Part shown: positions 1 to 8,378 of the stretch, piece by piece | Position numbering within the stretch: position 1 is the stretch's first letter | How the letters are laid out: every line of letters begins with the position of its first letter | Origin: Candidatus Electrothrix marina | GTDB taxonomy: Bacteria > Desulfobacterota > Desulfobulbia > Desulfobulbales > Desulfobulbaceae | Reading direction: 5' to 3' | DNA length: 24,000 nucleotides | NCBI GenBank assembly: GCA_965549605.1 | Contig: CBEVHG010000034.1 | Coordinates: 1 to 24,000 of the forward strand | Notes under the pieces: generated by a model | Seen by the model: only the letters and a program-made list of their open reading frames with translations | What the model was told of the DNA's origin: nothing | Database searches by the model: none | Translations under genes and position numbers: made by a program

Positions 1-22
1 TAAATACTGTTTTTTCCTACAG

Positions 23-70
23 AAAAAACTCTTGTTGCCGCATTGATGCCCAGCCCTTCACTCAATGCGG
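23..70 (-). terminator. possible intrinsic terminator downstream of hpt
   Basis: On the minus strand there is a perfect 9-bp stem, CCGCATTGA/TCAATGCGG (plus coords 38-46 and 62-70, 15-nt loop). It begins about a dozen nt after the hpt stop. A T6 run follows (plus 23-28) but is 9 nt from the stem base, so this is a weak call. Confidence 0.35.
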
Positions 71-82
71 TCAATATCATTA

Positions 83-607
83 TTACCCCTCCTCCAAAGA
101 GCAAATCTGCGGTAAATTCCGATAGGTTTGTGCGCAATCCAACCCATAACCGACAAGAAATCCTTTTTCTATCTGAAAGCCGACATAGTCCATCCGTACA
201 TCGACAGCCCGTCGTTCGCTCTTGTCGATCAGGGTGCAGATTTTCACAGAGTTCGGTTGATGCCGGGTGGTGAAATATTCCTGCAGCCAGGCCATAGTGA
301 TTCCGCTGTCCACAATATCCTCCACGAGCAGAATATCCTTACCGGCCAGATTAAGTTCCGGCTCTTTGGTGAGGGTGAGGGAGCCGCTGCTCTTCGTGGC
401 TTCCCCGTAGCTCGCCACCCGGATAAAATCCACTTCCACAGGCAGTTGGACAGCCCTGACTAAATCAGCAAGAAAAATAAAGGCTCCGTTAAGGATGCCG
501 ATCACCACCGGTTTTTTACCGGCATAGTCCTTTGTCAGCTGTCGGCCCAGGCTGTTGACCCGTTCCTCGATCTCCTGACGGTGAAGAAGCGTTTCTTTTA
601 TTTTCAT
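83..607 (-). CDS. hpt: hypoxanthine(-guanine) phosphoribosyltransferase
   Basis: 174-aa ORF of typical HPRT size. It carries the PRPP-binding loop ILLVEDIVDSGITM, the N-terminal block VVIGILNGAFIFLADL and the C-terminal block GFLVGYGLD. Confidence 0.9.
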   Translation of the reverse strand: MKIKETLLHRQEIEERVNSLGRQLTKDYAGKKPVVIGILNGAFIFLADLVRAVQLPVEVDFIRVASYGEATKSSGSLTLTKEPELNLAGKDILLVEDIVDSGITMAWLQEYFTTRHQPNSVKICTLIDKSERRAVDVRMDYVGFQIEKGFLVGYGLDCAQTYRNLPQICSLEEG

Positions 608-889
608 ATTTCACCTCGATAAATGAATGAAGGCATGACGTGCATAAATATCCGCTGATCAGACGCCGGACGCGGAAATTATTCAAGGATAATCGGCAGA
701 GCAGGCAAAAGCAAGTACTTGTCTTCTGTTTTCCAGTATGGTATCTGCTGTTGCGGAGCTAAGTTTCGGGGTGATTAGAGCGTGCGAATTATGGTTATCC
801 CCGAACATTGAAAGAGGTGGGCAGGGTAGGGGAAACAGAGTATTATGGCTGCCGGGACAGCGGGATGAAGAATAATAGGTGAGAATATC

Positions 890-2215
890 GTGAAAAAACG
901 AAAAGTCAGGGTCGCCACCCTGGGGTGCAAGGTCAATCAGTTTGAGTCAGCCTCTTTTATCTCCGGGTTCAGAGAACAGGGGTGTGAACTGGTCTCTGCA
1001 TCGGAAGAGGCGGATATTCTGGTTGTCAACACCTGTGCGGTAACAGCCAGGGCCGGGCAGCAATCACGTCAGCTGATCCGCAGACTCAGGAGGTCCAACC
1101 CGGAGGCTCGTTTGCTGATTACCGGTTGTTATGCCCAACTTACGGGAGACAAGCTGCCGGAGCTTATCTCGGACAGCTCGTTGATCGTCATCGGCAACGG
1201 AGATAAACATCTGGTGGTCAGTACAGCCCTGGCAGAAGAGCAAGCCGTCCCGTCGTCGGTTACGGATGTCGGAGTGGTCAAGGAAATCTGTCCCTTGCCG
1301 GTGCGGCGATTCAGCGGCAGAACCAGAGCGTATCTTCGTATCCAGGACGGTTGCAATAATTTCTGTTCATACTGCATTGTCCCCTACACCAGAGGGCGAT
1401 GCCGGAGCCTTCCGCTGGCAGAGGTTCTTGCCCAGGTTGCAATCTTTGCTGAGGAGGGGTATCAGGAGCTGGTGGTCACCGGTATCAATGTGGGCAAGTA
1501 CGGTCTGGATTTGACCGAGGGTGAGGATATCTACTCTTTGCTGGAGACCCTGTGCCGTCGTTTTCCGGGAATACGGATTCGTCTCAGTTCGGTGGAGCCT
1601 GCCGAGGTGAACGAGCGTTTGCTGAATCTCATGACAGGATTTGCCAATTTCATGCCGCACCTCCATATTCCCCTTCAGAGCGGGGATAACGGGGTGTTGG
1701 CGCGAATGCAGCGCAAGTACACAACCGAGATATTTGCCGAGGTGGTCGAGCGGGTGCGGGTGACCCTGCCCCATGCGGCAATCGGTTGCGATATTCTGGC
1801 CGGTTTTCCCGGTGAGGATGAGCTGGCTGCGGAAAACAGTTTTTCTTTTCTTGCGCAACTGCCCGTCACCTATCTCCATATTTTTCCCTATTCCCTGCGT
1901 CCCGGCACTGCTGCGGCGAAATTTGCCGATCAGGTGCCCGGTCCGGTCAAGGATGCACGGGTCGCTCGTTTACGGGAGCTTGATGTACAGAAAAAAGCGG
2001 CCTTTTATCAACAGTATTGCGGGACAGAACAGAGGGTGTTGCTTGAGGGGGGTGACGAACAGGCCGGGTTGTTCAAAGGATTTTCAGAGAACTATATTTC
2101 TGTTCGTTGCAAAGGGAATACGCGCTTAGTGAGAAGTTCGGCAGGAACCGTGGTGCCGGTTCGGCTTGTTGAAGTACGGGGCGAGACGGTCCTCGGAGAA
2201 ATTGTCAATTCCTGA
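890..2215 (+). CDS. mtaB: radical-SAM methylthiotransferase, MtaB-like (tRNA ms2t6A37)
   Basis: 441-aa ORF with a GTG start. It has an N-terminal MTTase block VATLGCKVNQFES...VVNTCAVT and a radical-SAM cluster motif in TRAYLRIQDGCNNFCSYCIVPYTRG (CxxxCxxC). A TRAM-like C-terminus follows. Size and motifs resemble Bacillus YqeV/MtaB more than MiaB or RimO. Confidence 0.85.
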   Translation: MKKRKVRVATLGCKVNQFESASFISGFREQGCELVSASEEADILVVNTCAVTARAGQQSRQLIRRLRRSNPEARLLITGCYAQLTGDKLPELISDSSLIVIGNGDKHLVVSTALAEEQAVPSSVTDVGVVKEICPLPVRRFSGRTRAYLRIQDGCNNFCSYCIVPYTRGRCRSLPLAEVLAQVAIFAEEGYQELVVTGINVGKYGLDLTEGEDIYSLLETLCRRFPGIRIRLSSVEPAEVNERLLNLMTGFANFMPHLHIPLQSGDNGVLARMQRKYTTEIFAEVVERVRVTLPHAAIGCDILAGFPGEDELAAENSFSFLAQLPVTYLHIFPYSLRPGTAAAKFADQVPGPVKDARVARLRELDVQKKAAFYQQYCGTEQRVLLEGGDEQAGLFKGFSENYISVRCKGNTRLVRSSAGTVVPVRLVEVRGETVLGEIVNS

Positions 2216-2275
2216 CAGGGCTTTTTTTTCTGTCCCTGCCCCTTTTTCTATCCTTGTTATCGAGTGGTATGCGGT

Positions 2276-3193
2276 CTACAGGGAATCCTCACATGTTTCG
2301 CCCGCAGCCGGCTGCCCGGTCTCAAGAATTTGCACCTCTCCCTTTTCTCCGTCAATCCAGAGGAAATCGCCGGTTCGGATACATGTGGTACATTTGGTGA
2401 CATCAACTACACAGGGCAGTGTGTACTCACGGGCGGCTGTCCCGGCGTGGGAAAGATAGCTGCCGATTTCCACAACAGCGCCTCCGGCTGTGAGGAAAAG
2501 CGGGGTCCAGCTCGGATCGGTATAGGGTGCCACTAAGATTTCTCCGGGAAGCAGTTCCGGGCTCTGTTTCGGGTTTATGATGACCCTGGCTCGTCCGGTA
2601 TAACTGCCCGGTGAAGCGGTCTGGCCCGGAAGAATCACCCGAGGTGCCCCTGACGACCCGGACGTGTTCCGAGTGCTGTCCGGCAGGTCTGTGCCGACGG
2701 CCTTGGCAGGCGTTTTTCTCGTCGCTCTGATGAGTTCATGACGCCGCTGATGGATGCGATCCTCAATATCCGACCAGCCCAGAAGGCCTTGCTGAATGTG
2801 CGCGATCTCCCGGAGTCGGAGAAAGAATATATCCCCTGTGCATTTGAGCACGCCTTGAGCCAGAAATTCTTTTTCAAGGCCAAGCAGTTTTTTTCGCACA
2901 ACAGACATTGCCATCAGATGGTATGAACGGGAACGCTCTTCGATCTTGAGAAATCGTTCGGTTATTTTATAAAGAAGCAGAAGAAGATGCCGGCGCGGCC
3001 GAAAAGGACGTTCAAAGGGGTATTGTTCCAGTTGTCGTTTGATCTTGCCGATCAAATGGTCGCGTTCTTCAGCAGAGAGTTTTTCGGTTTGTTTGTTGTC
3101 AGGTATGTCACCGGGACGGGCAGGCAGGCGATCACGGATCATCGTGATAACATGATTGGGATTTTCTTCCCATCTGACGGATTGCAGTTCCAT
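2276..3193 (-). CDS. PEP-utilising enzyme mobile (swivel phospho-His) domain protein, C-terminal fragment of the split gene
   Basis: 305-aa ORF. Its C-terminal block GEILVAPYTDPSWTPLFLTAGGAVVEIGSYLSHAGTAAREYTLPCVV matches the PEP-utilisers mobile domain, including the phospho-His context (xSHAxxxARExxxP). Confidence 0.8.
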   Translation of the reverse strand: MELQSVRWEENPNHVITMIRDRLPARPGDIPDNKQTEKLSAEERDHLIGKIKRQLEQYPFERPFRPRRHLLLLLYKITERFLKIEERSRSYHLMAMSVVRKKLLGLEKEFLAQGVLKCTGDIFFLRLREIAHIQQGLLGWSDIEDRIHQRRHELIRATRKTPAKAVGTDLPDSTRNTSGSSGAPRVILPGQTASPGSYTGRARVIINPKQSPELLPGEILVAPYTDPSWTPLFLTAGGAVVEIGSYLSHAGTAAREYTLPCVVDVTKCTTCIRTGDFLWIDGEKGEVQILETGQPAAGETCEDSL

Positions 3194-3221
3194 CTCTTTT
3201 GCCGTTCTGTAACCGTGTTGT

Positions 3222-4958
3222 TCAATGAAGTGTGCAAAGAGTTGGAGAAAGGGGCGGGCGTTCGGGTCTTTTTTTCAGGGCCTTCAGTACCTGATCAGAC
3301 GGACGTTTCAGAAATTTATTTCGGATCGAGGGGAATTGTCCGGCTTTGAAGGCGAGCTGTTCGATTGCGGAATCTATTGCTTCGGGATAGAGGCTGTTGC
3401 TTTCGATACGAAGCAGGGAGAGTGCTTCGGGGCGCAGGTCGGGTAACCAGTATTCGAGCAGTATCTTGAGGGGGGCAAAAGTAAACAGATGTCGTGCTGA
3501 GGAAATATTGATCCAGAGAGGAATACTGCCGATAGGATCAAAGATTTTCGGCAGCAGGCTGAGCCGCAATATGCTTGTAACGGACTTGTTTTTTTTATTT
3601 TTTTCAATATTTTTGCAGGTTTTTCCGTGGTGCTCCGAGAAATTTTCCGGCATGTTGCGGGATCGGGCAAAAAAAACACCGAACAGGAAATAACCGCAGA
3701 GCCAGAAAAGAAGAGAAAAGGGAAGCCTGCGCAGAGAGAGCTTTCGGCGCGGCAGGGAGTTCAGGGCATTTTCCGAAATCAGGCCGGAGAAAAGTTCCGC
3801 CAGTTCGCGATCCGAAAGTCTGAAGGGAATAAGAGGGCGGAGGTATTTGAGATTAAAATAACAATGGCCGTGGATGAAGCGTAACAGCGGTGAGGCTGCC
3901 AGGGAAATCAGGTCGGCGGTCAGCGGTGTGAAGGGCTCTGCCGGGCTGTTGATTGTCGGTTTGAACAGGATGTATTGCCCCTCGGGTTCCGGCGACCTGC
4001 GTCTGCGACCCGCAGGAGATATCGGGCGGGATTGCAGGATATAAAAGCGTCCGTCGGAGACGGCCCATTCCATGTTCTGAGGAGAGCCGAAGTGTTTTTC
4101 GGCTTTGAGCGCCCAGGTGACAACGGTTTCGAGAAGTTCCGGGCTGAGAGTCTGCTGCTGCTGGAGCCTGAGCGGGACTTTCATCAGACGGGAGGATGTT
4201 CCTTTCCGGAGTCTGGACGGAACCATAACGCTTTTTTCCGCAATCCGTCGGTCAACCAGTTGCAGGGTGTCGTGATCCAGAGTGTAGCGGTCCGGGGTTA
4301 CTCGTCCGTCGACAATGGCTGCTCCCATGCCCCAGGATGCCTCGATCACGATTTCATCCGCACCGGTGACCGGGTTGGCGGTGAAGGTGATACCGGAAAT
4401 ATCCGAGCGAACCATTTCCTGGATCACTACCGCCATGTCGGCTGAATGCTCAATGCCGCAGGCGTTTCGATAGCTGACCGCCTCTTTGCTCCAAAGGGAA
4501 GCCCAGCAATATTGAATCATGCGCAACAGGTTGGCACGTTCAACATAATAATAGGTTGCATGCTGACCGGCAAAGCTGGCTTCCGCAAGATCTTCTGTTG
4601 TTGCGGAGCTGCGCACGGCACAGACTGTTTCGTTAATCCTGTTTCCTATCAGTCGCTGATGCGCCGCAAGAATACTCTCGGCCAGTTCTCCGGGGAAACT
4701 TGCATTGGTGATGGTGTTGCGAATAACGCCGCAGGCACGCGAAAGCTCGTTTTTCCCTGCTTTGTTCAGAGAGAGCAGAATTTTTTGCAGACGAAGAGAG
4801 GCGAAAAAAATACTGTAAGCCTCTGCCGAGACCACAAATCCCGAAGGGACCGGAAAACCCTTTCCTGCAAGTTCACCCAGATTTGCTCCCTTTCCGCCGA
4901 CTCTGTTGATATCATTCCTGCGGACAGCGGAAAGTATGCTTATGTATCTGTTGGCCAT
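3222..4958 (-). CDS. PEP/pyruvate-binding (PPDK_N ATP-grasp) domain protein, N-terminal fragment of the split gene
   Basis: 578-aa ORF. The N-terminus VGGKGANLGELAGKGFPVPSGFVV and the block VRSSATTEDLAEASFAGQHATY are hallmarks of the pyruvate phosphate dikinase / PEP synthase nucleotide-binding domain. Confidence 0.8.
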   Translation of the reverse strand: MANRYISILSAVRRNDINRVGGKGANLGELAGKGFPVPSGFVVSAEAYSIFFASLRLQKILLSLNKAGKNELSRACGVIRNTITNASFPGELAESILAAHQRLIGNRINETVCAVRSSATTEDLAEASFAGQHATYYYVERANLLRMIQYCWASLWSKEAVSYRNACGIEHSADMAVVIQEMVRSDISGITFTANPVTGADEIVIEASWGMGAAIVDGRVTPDRYTLDHDTLQLVDRRIAEKSVMVPSRLRKGTSSRLMKVPLRLQQQQTLSPELLETVVTWALKAEKHFGSPQNMEWAVSDGRFYILQSRPISPAGRRRRSPEPEGQYILFKPTINSPAEPFTPLTADLISLAASPLLRFIHGHCYFNLKYLRPLIPFRLSDRELAELFSGLISENALNSLPRRKLSLRRLPFSLLFWLCGYFLFGVFFARSRNMPENFSEHHGKTCKNIEKNKKNKSVTSILRLSLLPKIFDPIGSIPLWINISSARHLFTFAPLKILLEYWLPDLRPEALSLLRIESNSLYPEAIDSAIEQLAFKAGQFPSIRNKFLKRPSDQVLKALKKRPERPPLSPTLCTLH

Positions 4959-5209
4959 TGTAGAAATATTATGTGTCGGTGGACAGGTACTGCGGAGGAT
5001 GACTGTTTTTTGACTCCGTTGTTCCTTTCGGCGACCGGCTCTGTTCGACCGACAATACCAGACAAAAGAGGTAAAATATATCAGACAGAATATATTCCGA
5101 TTGAATGCGGTCTCCCGTTAATGTCGAGAGTGCTCAATATAAGATATGGTAGGGCATTCTTCATTCTTTCGCAATCTTTTTCATATTCCCCTCTGCAAAA
5201 CAGCGGAAT

Positions 5210-5238
5210 TTGACAGAAGAGGAAAATATTGATATTTT
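5210..5238 (+). promoter_or_regulatory. candidate sigma70-type promoter for the MCE gene
   Basis: A perfect TTGACA (5210-5215), an exact 17-nt spacer and TATTTT (5233-5238) lie about 90 nt upstream of the ATG at 5327. This is a pattern match only. Confidence 0.3.
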
Positions 5239-5326
5239 TTCCGGTTGATTTTTCTGATAAAATGAACAACTCTACCGATAAAGTCGGTACCAACGACAGC
5301 CTGTCGAAGAAGAGGAAAAGGATCTT

Positions 5327-7675
5327 ATGCAAAAAGCTGTGCTTCGTAAACGTCTGATAGTTTCTCCCGTCTGGTTTCTTCCTCTGTTGGCTCTCTGTAT
5401 CGGTTTTTGGCTGCTGATCAGCAGTTATCGTGATTCCGGTATTGAAGTCGCCATTCATTTTTCCGGTGCCGAAGGGGTGAGCGCCGGGAAAACCAAGGTG
5501 ATTTATAAGGGGATTCAGGTGGGAAGCGTCAAAAGCGTTGTTATGGACAGCGAGCTGAAGGGGGTTGATATTACCGTTGAAATGGATCGGGTAACCAAGA
5601 AAGGCCTGGTTGCGGACACCATGTTCTGGATCGTCAGGCCCGAGGTCTCCGCAGGTCGTATCACCGGTCTGGACACCTTGGTCAGCGGTGCCTATATCAC
5701 CCTGCGCATGGGGACTTCCGAAAAATCCGAGCGTCATTTTTCAGGATTATCCGATCCTCCTCCTATGGGTGCGGATACCCCGGGTCTTCATGTCAGGTTG
5801 AAAACCGATACCCTGTATTCGCTGCAAAGGGGATCGTATGTGTACAGTCGGAACCTTCCTGTCGGCAAGGTGGATGATTACCGCCTTGAACAGGACGGCA
5901 GTATTATGCTGGATGTGCTTATTCGGCCGGAATTCAGCCATTTGATCCGCGAAGGAACCAGATTTTGGAATGCCAGCGGTCTTTCTGTTACCGGTGATCT
6001 GCAACGAGGGTTGAGTGTCAATGTCGAATCCATGGCTTCGCTCATCTATGGCGGCCTGACCTGCGGCACAGCGGAGTCGTTGAAAGAGACGCCGCCTGCC
6101 CGGTCCGATCAGGTGTTCACTCTGTATAAAGATTTTGCAGATGCTGAGTACGGTATCCCCATGACCCTGCAGCTTGCCAGCGGTGACGGTATTGTTCCGG
6201 GGAGAACCAAGGTGATGTTTCGGGGGCTGAAGGCGGGTATTGTTCGTTCGATTGATATCAATAATGATGATTTTCATACGGTGACGGCGAGTATTCTTCT
6301 TGATCCGAGGGCGGAGAAGATCCTTCGTGAGAGCAGCAGGTTCTGGGTTGTACGCCCTCAGGTCTCCCTCAGCGGAATCAAAAATTTGGAAACGCTCGTT
6401 TCCGGAGCCTATATCACCTTTCAGATCGGTGACGGTGAGCGGCAGGATCATTTTATTGTTGAGTCTTCACCGATGCCCAAGCTTTTTTTGCGACCGGGAA
6501 AACGTTTTCAGCTGGAAGCGGAAGACAGCGGTTCTTTGGGACTCGGTTCGCCGATTCTGTACAGGAAGCAGGAAATCGGAGAGGTGACGGATTTGCAGCT
6601 GAGTGCAGCCGGGGAGAGTCTTGCTGTGGAACTCCTGATCTATGAACAGTATGTCGGCCTGATCAGGAGTAATACCCGGTTCTATAATATTTCCGGTTTC
6701 CGGCTTGATGCCTCCTTGCAGGGGCTTTCCTTGCAGACTGCTTCTCTGGATTCCATAATCGCGGGCGGCATTTCTTTTTTTACGCCCGGTAACGGGGGGC
6801 AGGTTGCGGAGGGACAGGTTTTTCCGCTCTATCCCGGACGAGAAGAAGCACTTCGAGCCGGCTCTCTTTTACTGACCTTGGAATTTCTCCAAGGCGGCGA
6901 TATCACGGCGAGGACAAAAATTAAATATAAGGGAATCACTGTGGGCACGCTGGTCCGTACCTGGTATGATCCTGATAAAGACAGGGTGTTTGCCAAGGCT
7001 GCTGTTCAGCAAAGATTCAGTAGGCTCTTTCGGCAGACAACAGCTGTCTGGCTTGTGAAACCAAAGGTGAATCTTTTCGGTGCCAAGCATCTGGGCACCT
7101 TAATTTCCGGCCCGTATCTTGATCTCCTGCCCGGAAGCGGTGGTCCGAGAACCCGTTTTGCGGTCCGGGATTCTGAACCCAGGCTGTCCGCACCTGTGCC
7201 CGGCCTGCATTTGGTTTTGGAGGCGGAACGGATCGGCTCCTTGAAAAAAGGCAGCCCGCTCTATTACAGACAGGTGGAAATAGGGAGGGTAACCGGTATT
7301 GAGCTCGGGCCGACAGCGCAAATGGTCTGGATCCATGTGGCTATTGAGCAAAACTATATTCCTCTTGTTCATCGGAGCTCCAGATTCTGGAATGCCGGCG
7401 GGGTCAAGGTGATCGCCGGTCTTTTTTCCGGGGTTTCTGTGGAAACAGAATCGTTGGAATCCATTATTGCGGGCGGTATTGCCATGGCCACACCGGAAGA
7501 ACCGGGTACGTCCGCCGAGGAAGGTGATCATTTTCTGCTGGCAAAAGAGGCTGATAAAGATTGGCTGGTCTGGTCGCCCAAGATTGCTCTGCCGCAGAAA
7601 GAAACGGTGACAGAACAATATCGGGTCCAAGCGGGAAAAAAGAAGAAGAAAGTGAGCGGAAAGGAGAAGAGGTAA
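5327..7675 (+). CDS. PqiB/LetB-like intermembrane transport protein with six tandem MCE domains
   Basis: 782-aa ORF preceded by an SD-like GAGGAAAAGG. It has an N-terminal membrane anchor (VSPVWFLPLLALCIGFWLLISS), as in PqiB. Two motif types recur three times each. One is FW[IV]VRP.VS...I.GL[DE]TLVSGAYIT; the other is RFWN[AI]SG......L.G.S....S..S[IL]I.GG. Confidence 0.85.
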   Translation: MQKAVLRKRLIVSPVWFLPLLALCIGFWLLISSYRDSGIEVAIHFSGAEGVSAGKTKVIYKGIQVGSVKSVVMDSELKGVDITVEMDRVTKKGLVADTMFWIVRPEVSAGRITGLDTLVSGAYITLRMGTSEKSERHFSGLSDPPPMGADTPGLHVRLKTDTLYSLQRGSYVYSRNLPVGKVDDYRLEQDGSIMLDVLIRPEFSHLIREGTRFWNASGLSVTGDLQRGLSVNVESMASLIYGGLTCGTAESLKETPPARSDQVFTLYKDFADAEYGIPMTLQLASGDGIVPGRTKVMFRGLKAGIVRSIDINNDDFHTVTASILLDPRAEKILRESSRFWVVRPQVSLSGIKNLETLVSGAYITFQIGDGERQDHFIVESSPMPKLFLRPGKRFQLEAEDSGSLGLGSPILYRKQEIGEVTDLQLSAAGESLAVELLIYEQYVGLIRSNTRFYNISGFRLDASLQGLSLQTASLDSIIAGGISFFTPGNGGQVAEGQVFPLYPGREEALRAGSLLLTLEFLQGGDITARTKIKYKGITVGTLVRTWYDPDKDRVFAKAAVQQRFSRLFRQTTAVWLVKPKVNLFGAKHLGTLISGPYLDLLPGSGGPRTRFAVRDSEPRLSAPVPGLHLVLEAERIGSLKKGSPLYYRQVEIGRVTGIELGPTAQMVWIHVAIEQNYIPLVHRSSRFWNAGGVKVIAGLFSGVSVETESLESIIAGGIAMATPEEPGTSAEEGDHFLLAKEADKDWLVWSPKIALPQKETVTEQYRVQAGKKKKKVSGKEKR
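5441..7492 (+). repeat. three protein-level super-repeats (~0.7 kb each) of an MCE-A/MCE-B domain pair
   Basis: Unit boundaries were estimated from motif recurrence at residues ~39, ~277 and ~513 (nt 5441, 6155, 6863), ending near residue 722. The repeats are diverged, so the similarity shows in translation and not as near-identical DNA. Confidence 0.7.
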
Positions 7676-7676
7676 C

Positions 7677-8378
7677 ATGGAAACAACCGTACGTTTTATT
7701 GAAAGCATATCCCGTACCTCGCAGGTCAACAGCTATCGTTTTACCCGTCCGCCGGGTTTCTCCTTTCAGGCCGGGCAATACGTGATTGTCGGTCTCGGGC
7801 ATGAAGGCATGCTGGTTCATCCCTTATCATTCAGCAACGGGCCGCAGCAGGATTTTCTGGAATTCACCAAACGAATGACCGGTTCCGCTTATAGCCAATA
7901 TCTCGAAGGGCTGTATCCGGGTGATGCAGTGACCATGAAGGGGCCGAACGGTGATTTTTCCATGACAGGCATTTCAAATGATATTGTCTGTCTTGCAGGG
8001 GGCATCGGTATAACACCTATTCAAAGCATGCTGGCCGATTCGGCCTCCCGGCATGATCGCCGCAGAATCACTTTAATTTACGGGAATGCGGACGATGATG
8101 ATGTCGCTTTTGCCGACGAGCTGGCAAAGCTGCAAAAGCTGCATCTGCCCGGTTTTCGGGTTGTCCATGTGCTGGGGCGTTCTTTAGGAAAGATGCAGGC
8201 CTGTCAGGGGCGAATCGATTCGAAAATTATACGTTCCGAAGTGAGAGCGGATCTTCAGGAAGCAACTTTTCTTATATCCGGTCCGCCGGTGATGGTCAGA
8301 GAAATGGAAGAACAGTTGGCCCTTCTCGGGGTCAGCTCCTCGCGAATTCGTGTTGAACGCTTTTTAGGTTATGTCTGA
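7677..8378 (+). CDS. FNR-like FAD/NAD(P)-binding oxidoreductase (ferredoxin-reductase-type fold, no Fe-S domain)
   Basis: 233-aa ORF. It has an FAD-binding beta-barrel region with an RxYS-like HPLSFS motif and the NAD(P) motif LAGGIGITPIQSM. The C-terminal block ISGPPVMVREM follows. The start lies 1 nt after the MCE gene stop (TAAcATG), and AAGGAG sits upstream inside the MCE gene tail. Confidence 0.75.
   Translation: METTVRFIESISRTSQVNSYRFTRPPGFSFQAGQYVIVGLGHEGMLVHPLSFSNGPQQDFLEFTKRMTGSAYSQYLEGLYPGDAVTMKGPNGDFSMTGISNDIVCLAGGIGITPIQSMLADSASRHDRRRITLIYGNADDDDVAFADELAKLQKLHLPGFRVVHVLGRSLGKMQACQGRIDSKIIRSEVRADLQEATFLISGPPVMVREMEEQLALLGVSSSRIRVERFLGYV

Larger units (their letters stand above)
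2276..4958 (-). pseudogene. PEP-utilising (PpsA / rifampicin-phosphotransferase-like) gene interrupted by a 1-nt frameshift
   Basis: The two adjacent ORFs below carry the N-terminal ATP-grasp domain and the C-terminal swivel-His domain of one enzyme family. Removing one A from the A7 run (plus T7 at 3269-3275) joins them into a continuous reading ...SDQVLKALKK|DPNARPFLQLFAHFIEQHGYRTAKEMELQSVRWEENP... . Confidence 0.6.

Noticed and set aside
43-463. Plus-strand ORFs 43-273 and 128-463 overlapping hpt
   Set aside because: These are shadow frames of hpt, whose minus-strand translation has unmistakable HPRT motifs.
765-805. 7-bp inverted repeat TTCGGGG...CCCCGAA with a 27-nt loop upstream of mtaB
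   Set aside because: The stem is short and the loop long. Nothing ties it to a known operator or RNA element.
738-875. 45-codon plus-strand ORF (MVSAVAELSFGVIRACELW...) in the hpt/mtaB divergent spacer
   Set aside because: It has no SD, no recognisable features and no comparative evidence. It is indistinguishable from a chance ORF and might at most be a leader peptide.
2215-2239. Possible bidirectional terminator between the convergent mtaB and PEP-utilising genes (T8 run, CAGGG/CCCTG or GACAG/CTGTC pairings)
   Set aside because: Only 5-bp stems with 11-13-nt loops are possible, which is too weak to call, although termination must occur somewhere in this 60-nt gap.
3269-3275. Programmed ribosomal frameshifting as the explanation for the split PEP-utilising gene
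   Set aside because: An A7 run could be slippery, but I see no stimulatory structure or precedent in this family. An indel, whether artefactual or real, is the simpler explanation, so it is kept only as a minor alternative in the finding.
5081-5737. 218-aa minus-strand ORF spanning the divergent intergenic region and the 5' end of the MCE gene
   Set aside because: It overlaps the well-supported MCE start, including the PqiB-like N-terminal anchor. It has no recognisable domain and would cross the probable promoter region.
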